This document shows positions 9,372-18,732 of a stretch of DNA of 53,452 bases, piece by piece (the first letter of the stretch is position 1; each line of letters begins with the position of its first letter). The stretch spans positions 1 to 53,452 of the forward strand of contig CBFHGD010000001.1 of NCBI GenBank assembly GCA_965655275.1, read 5' to 3'. The notes beneath the pieces are model-generated. The model saw only the letters and a program-made list of their open reading frames with translations. It ran no database searches and was not told the origin of the DNA. This stretch comes from Octadecabacter sp. (lineage in GTDB: Bacteria; Pseudomonadota; Alphaproteobacteria; Rhodobacterales; Rhodobacteraceae). Made by a program: the position numbers and the translations under genes.

Positions 9372-10385
9372 ATGTCCGCGCCTCCTCGATTCATCCCGAC
9401 AACCGTCCATAAACGTGACGAGTTTTCCGAGACGATTTCCGGCTATCTGGAAGACGCTCCGGACGCCAAACTTGTGTTGCGCAAACTTGACGGTGTGCCG
9501 TTTTGGGCCAAACCCATCGCCGGTTTCCTTGCCCGCAAAGAGATACGCGCGCTTCGGGTTGTCACAGATATCACCGGCACCCCGGACCTGATCCGCGTGG
9601 ATGACGCCGGCATCCTGCGCAGCTGGTCCGAGGGCATCCCGATGAACCTCGCCAAGCCCAAAGACCCCGAATACTACAAAGACGCCAAACGCATCCTGCG
9701 CGAAATGCGGGCTCGCAACATAACCCACAATGACCTCGCCAAGCCGCAAAACTGGTTGATGACGCCCGATGGCCGCGCTGCGATCATCGATTTCCAGCTG
9801 GCCACTGTGCATCGCCGCCGCGGCAAGCTGTTTCGCGTCATGGGCTACGAAGACCTGCGACATCTGCTCAAACTAAAACGCCGCTATGCTCGTGGTTTGA
9901 TAACGCCAGCAGAAACCCGCGTGCTAAAGCGCAAATCCTTGCCAACCCGCATTTGGATGGCGACCGGAAAGCGGCTCTATAACGCCATAACGCGCGGCGT
10001 CTTCAACTGGTCAGACAGCGAAGGCACCGGCAACCGTATCGCCCGCGAAGGGCCGCAAATCACCGCCGATCTAATGGCGCACCCCGACGTTACGGGCGTT
10101 ACGCTCAGCCCCTTCGCGTTGCCCGCCAAAGGCATCGGAATATATGCATTCGTGCAAACCACACTGGACGCGGATCAAACCCGCGCCTTGATTTCGGAAA
10201 AACGTGTCGAGCTGATCCAACCTGTCGCCGAACTGCCGCGCGCCGATCTGCTGGAACTGATTGCGATGAACCGGCTGGATGAACTTGATCAGTTGCTCGG
10301 TAAGGACCGTGGGCTGCGTGACGCGATTGCACCCATCATTGATGGCCGCCTGAACCTGACCGACCGTCGCCTGGCCGGGATTTAG
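9372..10385 (+). CDS. Atypical (RIO1/Kdo-like) kinase with Acs-like C-terminal domain
   Basis: Catalytic loop HNDLAKPQNWL and metal-binding IIDFQLA; C-terminal LMAHPDV...KGIGIYAFV...ELIQPVAELPR resembles the AMP-binding C-terminal domain. Confidence 0.8.
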   Translation: MSAPPRFIPTTVHKRDEFSETISGYLEDAPDAKLVLRKLDGVPFWAKPIAGFLARKEIRALRVVTDITGTPDLIRVDDAGILRSWSEGIPMNLAKPKDPEYYKDAKRILREMRARNITHNDLAKPQNWLMTPDGRAAIIDFQLATVHRRRGKLFRVMGYEDLRHLLKLKRRYARGLITPAETRVLKRKSLPTRIWMATGKRLYNAITRGVFNWSDSEGTGNRIAREGPQITADLMAHPDVTGVTLSPFALPAKGIGIYAFVQTTLDADQTRALISEKRVELIQPVAELPRADLLELIAMNRLDELDQLLGKDRGLRDAIAPIIDGRLNLTDRRLAGI

Positions 10386-11029
10386 AACGGCGCCTTGGCG
10401 CGATATCTCACACCTTCGCCACCATCAGGATGACGCAGCCGCAATTCCTCGGAATGCAGCATTAGCCGTTCATAATCGCGCGCAGCCCCCGTCGCATAAA
10501 ATGGATCCCCCAAAATCGGATGGCCCAAGGCGAGCATATGCACCCGCAACTGGTGGCTGCGCCCCGTCTTTGGCATCAATCGGACCCGCGATTCGGCCTT
10601 GTTGCTGCCCAAAACGCGCCAATCAGTTTGCGCAGATTTCCCCGTTTCATGGCATACTTTCTGCAACGGACGGTTTGGCCAATCTACGATCAGCGGCAAG
10701 TCAACCGTTCCTGTCTTCGGCTCTAACGCGCCCGAAACCCGTGCAATATAGGTCTTCTTGGTATAGCGTTTTTCAAATTGCAGCCCGATGTGGCGTTGCG
10801 CGTGCGGCGTCAACGCGAACACCATCACACCGCTGGTATCTCGATCCAGCCGATGCACGAGCAGCGTCTGCGGAAACGCATCCTGCAAGCGCGTCAGCAA
10901 ACAATCCGCCAAATCAGGCCCCTTGCCCGGAACAGACAAAAGGCCCGCTGGCTTGTTCACAATCAGGATCTCATGATCGGCATGAACAACCTCAATCGGG
11001 TCATTGGGCGGGGCGTAGTCACTGCTCAT
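10382..11029 (-). CDS. RluA-family pseudouridine synthase
   Basis: NKPAGLLSVPG, VHRLDRDTSG, TGRSHQLRVH, GHPILGDPFY; start MSSDY overlaps the rarD stop (ATGA). Confidence 0.95.
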   Translation of the reverse strand: MSSDYAPPNDPIEVVHADHEILIVNKPAGLLSVPGKGPDLADCLLTRLQDAFPQTLLVHRLDRDTSGVMVFALTPHAQRHIGLQFEKRYTKKTYIARVSGALEPKTGTVDLPLIVDWPNRPLQKVCHETGKSAQTDWRVLGSNKAESRVRLMPKTGRSHQLRVHMLALGHPILGDPFYATGAARDYERLMLHSEELRLRHPDGGEGVRYRAKAPF

Positions 11030-11952
11030 CTGCGCCGCCCGCGAAACATCGCATAGGTATACAACCCCAGAGCGGCCCAAATCATCGGGAACGCAATGGC
11101 GCGCGCGCTGCCAAACGGTTCTTCGAAGACGAAGACGGCAATCATCATGATGATTGTAGGCGCGATGTATTGCATGATCCCGATCGTCGCGAGGCGCAGC
11201 CCCTTTGCCCCGTTCGCATAAAGCATCAGCGGAACCGCCGTCACCACGCCGCACCCCATCAACAACCACATATCCAGCGTAAGGGGCATGAAATGCCCGC
11301 CGCCCTGCGCCCCAAGCCAGACGAGATAGCCCAGTGCCACAGGTGACAGAATCAAAACTTCCAGCAGGAAACCCTGGTTTGGCCCAATCGGGAGCGAGCG
11401 TTTGAAATACGCGTAAAAACCCCAGCTGACGGTCAGCGCCAAGGCGGGCCAAGGCAGCGAACCGTTGGCGACCGTCATCACGCAAACTGCCCCGGCCGCA
11501 AGCGCGACAGCACCCCATTGTAGTTTGTTCAGCGTCTCACCCAGCAACACCGCCCCAAGGAACACACTGAAAATCGGGTTGATGTAATAGCCCAACGCCC
11601 CGTCCAACGCGCGCCCGGCGGCAATGGCCCAAACATAAACGCCCCAATTAATAGACACTAATCCGGCGGTAAGGCACCCCATCATCAACGCCTTGGGGTC
11701 GCGCAAAACGCGTCCGATGTCTTGTGTCCGCCCAAGGGCGATCAACACCAATCCCGCTAGGGGAACCGACCACAACACGCGGTGAGCCAAGACTTCCAGC
11801 ACGGGTATATGGCCGACCAGCTTCAGATAAAGCGGCAAGAACCCCCACAACAAATAGGCGCTCAACGCGAAGCCGAAGCCGCGCAACGTATCCCCCCCTT
11901 GCGAGAGGGGTTTGGGGGGCGCATTCGTCAGGTTGGTGGCTGATTTTCTCAT
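11026..11952 (-). CDS. rarD: EamA-family transporter RarD
   Basis: AYLLWGFLPLY, EVLAHRVLWS, LGYYINP, GIMQYIAP; start approximate. Confidence 0.92.
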   Translation of the reverse strand: MRKSATNLTNAPPKPLSQGGDTLRGFGFALSAYLLWGFLPLYLKLVGHIPVLEVLAHRVLWSVPLAGLVLIALGRTQDIGRVLRDPKALMMGCLTAGLVSINWGVYVWAIAAGRALDGALGYYINPIFSVFLGAVLLGETLNKLQWGAVALAAGAVCVMTVANGSLPWPALALTVSWGFYAYFKRSLPIGPNQGFLLEVLILSPVALGYLVWLGAQGGGHFMPLTLDMWLLMGCGVVTAVPLMLYANGAKGLRLATIGIMQYIAPTIIMMIAVFVFEEPFGSARAIAFPMIWAALGLYTYAMFRGRRR

Positions 11953-12021
11953 AGGCGCACTAGCGCATGAGAAATACGCCGAGGGAACCCGAAAATTGAT
12001 CAATAATTGCACGGAACCCCA

Positions 12022-12191
12022 TCACGAATTCAGATATCCGCCGGCAATCGCGATGAATGCCCCGACATGCACAGAATGATCCCGACAATGAAGGCAAACA
12101 CGTTCCAAGGCACGATGTTCAGCCCCGTCAGCCCGTAGCCTATTAGCTGGATCACCGTCGCGATCCATTTGACCAAATCCACTCTTGCCAT
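12022..12191 (-). pseudogene. Small membrane protein gene (DUF6552-like), frameshifted by an apparent internal deletion
   Basis: ATG 4 nt after the GcvT stop reads MARVDLVKWIATVIQLIGYGLTGLNIVPWNVFAFIVGIIL; a hydrophobic tail VHVGAFIAIAGGYLNS* continues in another frame from ~12072; family name from memory. Confidence 0.6.
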
Positions 12192-12195
12192 CGCC

Positions 12196-14634
12196 CTAAA
12201 CCTTCACACGTTCGGACTTCGGATCATACATGGGCCGCAACGACGCCTCGGCCTTCACCTTTGTGCCCATCACATCAATCTCGTAATTCGACGCCAGCAC
12301 CTGCGCCGCCGTCTCGCCCTGACACGGCACATATCCAAGGCCGATCGCCCCGCCCAACGTATGCCCATAGGCACCCGACGTCAGAAAGCCGACGATCTCG
12401 CCATCGCGCAAAATCGGTTCATTATGATAAAGCAGCGGCTCCGGATCGGTCAGTTTGAACTGCAACATGCGCAGGTTCAGGCCCTTTTCCTGCTTTTCCA
12501 ACACGGCTTCGCGCCCGATGAAATCCGCTTTGTCTTTCTTCACGGCAAAGCCAAGCCCCGCTTCCATGACATGATCCTCGCAGGTGATGTCATGTCCGAA
12601 ATGCCGGAACCCTTTTTCGATGCGGCAGGTGTCCATCATATGCATCCCGCACAACGTCAGCCCGTGCTCCTGCCCGGCTTCGTACAGCGTCTCGAACACA
12701 TGGCCGGCTTGGTCGGCGCTCACATAAACCTCCCAACCCAGTTCGCCCACATAGGTCACGCGATGCACCCGAGCGACGCCCATGCCAATCTCGATCTCCT
12801 GCGCCGTGCCAAACGGGTTCACATCATTGCTGAAGTCGGCGGGGCTCACAGCCTGCAACACCTTGCGCGCATTCGGCCCCATGACGGCCAGCACACCTTC
12901 GCCCGCCGTCACATCCGTGATCACCACATTGAACGCCCCGCGATTGCGCTCCATCCACACCTGATCAGCGAGCCGTGTCGCCGCAGGCGTCACGACAAGA
13001 TAGGCCGTTTCATTCATCCGCGTCACGGTTACATCCGCCTCGATCCCCCCACGATGATTAAGGAATTGCGTATAAACAATCTTGCCAATCGGCACCGAGT
13101 AATCGCCCCCACCAACGTGGTTCATAAACGCCTCTGCGTCCGGACCTTCGACCCTAATCTTGCCGAATGAAGACATATCATACATGCCGACGTTCTCGCG
13201 CACGGCCCTATGCTCTGCCGCAACATTGTCGAAAAAATTCTGACGCTGCCAGCTGTAGTCATATTCAGGCGTTTGACCGTCGCGCGCGAACCAATTGGCC
13301 CGCTCCCAGCCGCTCAACTCGCCCATGACCGCGCCATGCTGCATCAAATGATGATGGAACGGCGACCGCCTTATCCCACGCGCGGTCGCCTTTTGACGGT
13401 ATGGGAAATGATCTGCATAGAGCAGGCCAAGTGTTTCTTTGGAACGCTCCATCAAGAACGTGTTGTTCCCCATAAACGGCTGCATCCGGCTGATATCCAC
13501 ATCACCCAAATCAAACGGCTTCGCACCCTCGTCCATCCATTGCGCCAGCGCCATACCGGCACCACCCGCAGACTGGATACCGATAGAATTGAAGCCGGCC
13601 GCAACCCAGACATTGTCCATCTCCGGCGCAAGCCCGAGGTGATAGGCATCATCAGGCGTAAAGCTCTCCGGCCCGTTGAAAAACGTGTGAATTCCCGCTT
13701 CTGCCAGCATCGGCATCCGCTCCACGGCGTTCTCCAAGATCGGCTCGAAATGATCGAAATCCTCGGGCAGCTGGTCAAACTCGAAATCTTCTGGGATCGG
13801 GCCCCAAGGCTTGCTCACTGGCTCGAACGCGCCCAACAGCATCTTGCCCGCGTCTTCCTTGTAATAGGCACACTCGTCCGGAACCCGCAGGACCGGCATC
13901 TGCGTTAGCCCCGCTATCGCCTCGGTGACAATGTAGAAATGTTCGCAGGCTTGGAGCGGCACATTGGTGCCCAACATACGCCCGACTTCACGGCCCCACA
14001 TGCCCGCACAGTTGACCACGTGATCACATTCAATCGCGCCCTGCTGATCCCCGTCGTCCCAACATACACCTGTAATCCGCCGCCCGTCACGCGCCACCCC
14101 CGTGGCCTTCACACGTTCCTTCACCACCGCGCCACGTTGCCGCGCGCCCTTGGCCAATGCCAGCGCAATGTTGGCAGGGTCGCCCTGCCCGTCCAGCGGC
14201 AGATAGACCCCGCCAACAACACCATCGATGTTCAGATGTTCGTATTTTGCCTTCACCTCATTTGGTGAAATCTCTTCCACCTCAACACCGAACGCCCGCG
14301 CCATCGCCGCTTGGCGGTATATCTCCTCACGCCGCGCCTCGGTAAGCGCGACCGTGATCGACCCGCAGCGTTTGAACCCCGTCGCAACGCCTGTTTCAGT
14401 CTCTAATGTGCCGTAAAGTTCTTGCGAATACTTGGCCAGCTTCGTCATATTCTGCGTCGCGCGCAACTGTGCAATCAGCCCTGCCGCATGCCACGTCGTG
14501 CCGCTCGTCAGTTGCTTTCGCTCGAGAAGCACAACATCTGTCCACCCCAGTTTCGTCAGGTGATAGGCGACAGAACAGCCAATCACACCGCCACCAATAA
14601 TCACGACACGCGCCTTGCTTGGAAGATCAGCCAT
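12196..14634 (-). CDS. GcvT-family FAD-dependent oxidoreductase (sarcosine/dimethylglycine dehydrogenase-like)
   Basis: IIGGGVIG FAD motif, GTTWHAAG, FTPD, GELGWE, RIEKG; DAO plus GcvT domains, 812 aa. Confidence 0.93.
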   Translation of the reverse strand: MADLPSKARVVIIGGGVIGCSVAYHLTKLGWTDVVLLERKQLTSGTTWHAAGLIAQLRATQNMTKLAKYSQELYGTLETETGVATGFKRCGSITVALTEARREEIYRQAAMARAFGVEVEEISPNEVKAKYEHLNIDGVVGGVYLPLDGQGDPANIALALAKGARQRGAVVKERVKATGVARDGRRITGVCWDDGDQQGAIECDHVVNCAGMWGREVGRMLGTNVPLQACEHFYIVTEAIAGLTQMPVLRVPDECAYYKEDAGKMLLGAFEPVSKPWGPIPEDFEFDQLPEDFDHFEPILENAVERMPMLAEAGIHTFFNGPESFTPDDAYHLGLAPEMDNVWVAAGFNSIGIQSAGGAGMALAQWMDEGAKPFDLGDVDISRMQPFMGNNTFLMERSKETLGLLYADHFPYRQKATARGIRRSPFHHHLMQHGAVMGELSGWERANWFARDGQTPEYDYSWQRQNFFDNVAAEHRAVRENVGMYDMSSFGKIRVEGPDAEAFMNHVGGGDYSVPIGKIVYTQFLNHRGGIEADVTVTRMNETAYLVVTPAATRLADQVWMERNRGAFNVVITDVTAGEGVLAVMGPNARKVLQAVSPADFSNDVNPFGTAQEIEIGMGVARVHRVTYVGELGWEVYVSADQAGHVFETLYEAGQEHGLTLCGMHMMDTCRIEKGFRHFGHDITCEDHVMEAGLGFAVKKDKADFIGREAVLEKQEKGLNLRMLQFKLTDPEPLLYHNEPILRDGEIVGFLTSGAYGHTLGGAIGLGYVPCQGETAAQVLASNYEIDVMGTKVKAEASLRPMYDPKSERVKV

Positions 14635-14700
14635 TTCACGGGCTCCTAATATCGATTTTATGCGCGCCAGCGGTCACGCCAGACTCAAGTGTTTTGGAAT

Positions 14701-14736
14701 GTCCGGGACGGGCCCGGGCTTGGCCCCAAGACCTAC
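14701..14736 (-). repeat. Degenerate GC-rich palindromic intergenic element overlapping a stop codon
   Basis: Minus strand GTAGGTCTTGGGGCCAAGCCCGGGCCCGTCCCGGAC; GTAG start and imperfect dyad, REP-like. Confidence 0.35.
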
Positions 14737-17180
14737 GCCCTGATCCGGTCGTTCGCCGGATCCCAAATTGGCTGGTCTTCTTGCACAACGGCCTTTTTAC
14801 GCGTGCCATACACATCCACTTCAAGCTGCGTGCCGACAGACAACAAATCCGCCCGCACCATACCCAGCGCAATGCACTTGCCCGTGCGATACCCCATCGC
14901 GCAGGACGTGACCTCGCCAACAATCTCGTCACCATGCCAGATAGGGGCCATATAGGGCGCATCCATGTCGCCCGCGTCCATCACCATGGTCACAAACCCC
15001 TTTTGGCGGCCTTGCTGTTTTTCCGCCAGCAGCGCGGCCTTGCCCGGGAAGTCCTGCGGCTTGTCAAACTTGATGAATCGCTCCAACCCGCCCTCAATCA
15101 GGGAGTAATCCGTGCTCAGGTCGCCTTTCCATGCGCGATAGCCCTTTTCGATCCTCATGGAATTAAGCGCGTACATGCCAAACGGGGTCGCGCCAGCGCC
15201 GAGGACCGCGTCATAGAGTGCGGGAATATCCGCGTTGGCGGCATGAATTTCCCAGCCAAGTTCACCCGCGAACGACACCCGCGCCAGCGCGCAGTTCACT
15301 CCGGAAACTTTTGCCGCTTGGATAGACAACCAGGAGGCCGTCAAATCCGCCTCGGTCCCCAGCGCTTCAAACAAATCACGGGCCTTCGGACCCGTCACAA
15401 TCAGCGTTGAATACTCCGTCGTGTGGTCACTCAATTCCAAGCCTGCGGGCAGGTCTTTGCTCAATACCTCAAAATCATGCCACTGCGCGGACGCCGCCGT
15501 GATCAACGTAAAGAAATCGTCAGCGTGCCGCATGATCGACATCTCGGTCAAAATCCGCCCACGGCTGTCCGGGAAATAGCCAAGGTTCATGCGCCCGACT
15601 TTGGGCAACCCGCCTGCGATCTTGCCGCGCAGATAGTCCGCAGCCCCGTCGCCCGACAGATTGAACCTCGAAAACCCGGGTAGATCCAGAACCCCCACAC
15701 CATCGCGAACGGCCTCGACCTCCTCCTTGATGCGGGTCTCCCACGGACCATTGCGGCCCCATGTCTGCGTCGCACCCTCGGACGTATCGTCACCCTCCTT
15801 AGTGAACCAATTGGCGCGCTCCCAGCCGTTGTAGGCCCCCATCTGCCCGCCCAGCGCACGCACCTTCGCATCCACGGGCGACAGCTTCTTGTTGCGGCCT
15901 GCCGGCCATTCGTGATGCGGGAAATGCATCCCGTATTCATGGCCATACGTCTCCATTGCCTTGGATAGGCAATAGTCATGATCCGCGTAATCGGTGTAGC
16001 GGCGCGGATCACACGACCACATATCAAGCTCGGTTTCGCCATGCATGATCCACTCGGCCAATACCTTGCCGGCTCCACCACCCTGCGCGATTCCGAAGGT
16101 AAATGAATGCCCTTCAAACGCGTTTTTCACACCGGGCATCGGCCCGACCATCGGCAAGCCATCTGGCGCATAAGGGATCGGGCCGTTGATGTTTCGCCCC
16201 ACGCCCGCCTCGCCCAGGATCGGCATACGCGCCATGGCGTCTTCGATATAAAATTCCAGTCGCTCCAGATCATCCGGATAAAGCTGAAAGCTGAAATCAT
16301 CGGGCATCGGGTCATCCGGCGTCACCCAATGCGCCTTGCAATTGCGCTCATACGGGCCAAGGTTGAGGCCGTTCTTATCCTGCCGCAGGTAGTATGAGAT
16401 ATCCACGTCGCGCACCAACGGCACCTTGTGCCCGAGCTCCTTAGTCCATTCCTCAAGAGCGGGGATCGGCTCGGTCAGGAAATACTGATGCGACATCACC
16501 ACCATAGGAACCGTGCGCCCGCCAAATGGCTTGAACATCTCGCCCACGCGCTGCGCATAATAGCCCGCGCAGTTCACCACGATCTCCGCCCGGATCTCGC
16601 CCTTGTCGGTCTTAACGATCCATTCATCGCCATCACGGTCCAGCCCCGTCACCGGACAGAACCGCTCGATCCGCGCACCTGCGTCCCGCGCGCCCTTGGC
16701 CATGGCCTGCGTCAGTTGCGCGGGGTCAATATCCCCATCCAGCGGGTCATGCATCCCGCCCATCAAATCATGGATCTCCAGAAACGGGTGTAAGTCCTTC
16801 ATCTCGGCGTTCGTCAGGATCGGCATCTCAAGCCCTTGATACCGCGCTTGGCCGGATACCTTCTCAAACTCCTGCATCCGCTCTTTAGTGTGCGCTAACC
16901 GCAACGACCCCGTGACGTGATAGTTCATCGGGTAGTCCACATCATCTGCCAGCCCGCGATACATCTCCAGCCCGTAGCGCTGCATGTTCATCACCGCCCA
17001 GTTGGGCGCAAAGTTCGGGCAGTTGCCCGCCGCATGCCACGTGGACCCCGCCGTCAGCTCGTTCTTTTCAAGCAGGACACAGTCTGTCCACCCCGCTCGG
17101 GCGAGGTGAAACAGGGTCGATGTGCCAACGACACCGCCCCCGATGATGACCACGCGGGCCGTTGTTGGAAAATCTGCCAT
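14733..17180 (-). CDS. GcvT-family FAD-dependent oxidoreductase (dimethylglycine dehydrogenase-like)
   Basis: IIGGGVVG, GSTWHAAG, YAPDG, GELGWE, RIEKG; 815 aa. Confidence 0.93.
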   Translation of the reverse strand: MADFPTTARVVIIGGGVVGTSTLFHLARAGWTDCVLLEKNELTAGSTWHAAGNCPNFAPNWAVMNMQRYGLEMYRGLADDVDYPMNYHVTGSLRLAHTKERMQEFEKVSGQARYQGLEMPILTNAEMKDLHPFLEIHDLMGGMHDPLDGDIDPAQLTQAMAKGARDAGARIERFCPVTGLDRDGDEWIVKTDKGEIRAEIVVNCAGYYAQRVGEMFKPFGGRTVPMVVMSHQYFLTEPIPALEEWTKELGHKVPLVRDVDISYYLRQDKNGLNLGPYERNCKAHWVTPDDPMPDDFSFQLYPDDLERLEFYIEDAMARMPILGEAGVGRNINGPIPYAPDGLPMVGPMPGVKNAFEGHSFTFGIAQGGGAGKVLAEWIMHGETELDMWSCDPRRYTDYADHDYCLSKAMETYGHEYGMHFPHHEWPAGRNKKLSPVDAKVRALGGQMGAYNGWERANWFTKEGDDTSEGATQTWGRNGPWETRIKEEVEAVRDGVGVLDLPGFSRFNLSGDGAADYLRGKIAGGLPKVGRMNLGYFPDSRGRILTEMSIMRHADDFFTLITAASAQWHDFEVLSKDLPAGLELSDHTTEYSTLIVTGPKARDLFEALGTEADLTASWLSIQAAKVSGVNCALARVSFAGELGWEIHAANADIPALYDAVLGAGATPFGMYALNSMRIEKGYRAWKGDLSTDYSLIEGGLERFIKFDKPQDFPGKAALLAEKQQGRQKGFVTMVMDAGDMDAPYMAPIWHGDEIVGEVTSCAMGYRTGKCIALGMVRADLLSVGTQLEVDVYGTRKKAVVQEDQPIWDPANDRIRA

Positions 17181-17192
17181 GGTCGTGTCCCC

Positions 17193-17576
17193 TTATTGGT
17201 CGCGCTGCGGAAGATTGTCCGCAATTTCATAATAGTCGCCCTTGTCAGCGACAAAGATATGGTCTGACGTTTCAATCCGCGTTGCCCCGTCGATCGTGCC
17301 AGACATCACAGATATGCGGCCGCCGTCATCCGTATGGCGCCAAAACAACGAGGCCCCACAGCGGTCGCAAAACCCGCGTTCCGCCTTGGCGGAGGACGCG
17401 AACCAGACAAGCGTTTCATCGCGGGTCAGCACCAACTGGTCCGGTCCGACTTGGGTCGCGGAAACGTAATGCCCACTGGTCTTGCGGCATTGAACACAGT
17501 GACAGGCCACCGAGGGGCGCAACTCGCCCGAAAGCTCATACGTCACACCGCCACACAAACATGATCCCGTTTTCAA
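17193..17576 (-). CDS. GFA-family (CENP-V-like) zinc protein
   Basis: GSCLCG, CHCVQCRK and RGFCDRCG zinc motifs. Confidence 0.9.
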   Translation of the reverse strand: MKTGSCLCGGVTYELSGELRPSVACHCVQCRKTSGHYVSATQVGPDQLVLTRDETLVWFASSAKAERGFCDRCGASLFWRHTDDGGRISVMSGTIDGATRIETSDHIFVADKGDYYEIADNLPQRDQ

Positions 17577-17586
17577 GGCTCTCTCC

Positions 17587-18156
17587 TCAATAGACCGGCG
17601 GTGCGATAACCCAGATCGCGACGCAGGGTGTGGCGTAGGGGTTCATCCAGCGAAACGGCTCGCCCCGAACACGAAAACTGTCCCCCGCAGCCAGGCTATA
17701 CGTCTTGCCCGCAATCCAGAGGTCGAGCTTGCCAGATACAATGTAACCGACCTCTTGCGTGGCGCGTGTCACGGGCTCGCCAATCTGCGCCCCCGCCTCG
17801 AATGTGGAATGAACGACCTCAAAATCATCTGTCAGGTCCGGCGAAAGCAACTCCTCCACCAAACCCGCCTCGCGCGAACCAATTGGGCGCCGTGCTTGCG
17901 CACGCACGATCATGCCTTGTTCGTGTTCGGGCGCAGCGGACCGAAACAGGCTGGATACCGACACATCCAGCGCACGCGCGATGTGGCGCAAATCCGTAAT
18001 CGACGGTTCCGACAGATCGCGTTCCACCTGACTGAGCCAGCCGACAGACCGATTGAGCGTTTCCCCCAGCGCCACCAACGTCAGCCCGCGCGCTTTTCGC
18101 AACGCGCGAATGTCAGCCCCGAGGGTACGGCTTTCCGGTGGTAAGTCGTGAATCAC
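17587..18156 (-). CDS. XRE-HTH plus cupin transcriptional regulator
   Basis: LGADIRALRKARGLTL...SVGWLSQVERDLSEPS HTH and C-terminal cupin (EVGYIVSG...AGDSF); GTG start with GGAG RBS. Confidence 0.92.
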   Translation of the reverse strand: MIHDLPPESRTLGADIRALRKARGLTLVALGETLNRSVGWLSQVERDLSEPSITDLRHIARALDVSVSSLFRSAAPEHEQGMIVRAQARRPIGSREAGLVEELLSPDLTDDFEVVHSTFEAGAQIGEPVTRATQEVGYIVSGKLDLWIAGKTYSLAAGDSFRVRGEPFRWMNPYATPCVAIWVIAPPVY

Positions 18157-18207
18157 AGACGTCAGACTCCTTATCTGACGAAAACCGTGCCATGCCTTCG
18201 TGAAATT

Positions 18208-18681
18208 TCAAAGCGTTTTTTCACGCCGCACTGCGGCACTGAAAACATTCGCCAGAATTCTCTGCAATGCATCCGCATCACCTTGGGTAAAGGCATCCGC
18301 CTGGTCGCTGTCGATATCAAACACCGCAATCAAAGCGCCCGCACGATCAAACACCGGCAAAACCAACTCGGATCGCGTGGAACTTGCACAGGCAATGTGC
18401 CCTTCAAACGCCTCGACATCCGGCACCAATTGCACCTGCCCCGTACGAGCCGCCGCCCCGCAAACGCCACGCGAAAACGGAATCTGCAAACAGCCGTGCC
18501 CGCCCTGATACGGCCCGATTTTAAGTATTTCCGACCCCGTGACACGGTAGAACCCCGTCCAGTCAAACCGCGCATCCGAATGATGCACTTCACACGCGAC
18601 AGTCGCCATCAGTGCGACGGCGTCATCCTCCCCTTCGGTCAAGCTGCGAATGGTTCGGGCGAGGGTTGTGTAATCAGGCAT
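18208..18681 (-). CDS. msrC: GAF-domain protein, free methionine-R-sulfoxide reductase-like
   Basis: DWTGFY, GPYQG, GVCGAAA, GHIAC...SELVLP, DIDS. Confidence 0.8.
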   Translation of the reverse strand: MPDYTTLARTIRSLTEGEDDAVALMATVACEVHHSDARFDWTGFYRVTGSEILKIGPYQGGHGCLQIPFSRGVCGAAARTGQVQLVPDVEAFEGHIACASSTRSELVLPVFDRAGALIAVFDIDSDQADAFTQGDADALQRILANVFSAAVRREKTL

Positions 18682-18732
18682 GGGACTCTCGTTTGGTTGG
18701 ATCGGAATTCGGTATTTAGGAGCCAAAGAAGG

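Noticed and set aside
11030-11518. N-terminal extension of the RluA ORF suggesting a fusion
   Set aside because: Overlaps rarD in another frame; the ATGA-coupled start at 11029 explains the gene
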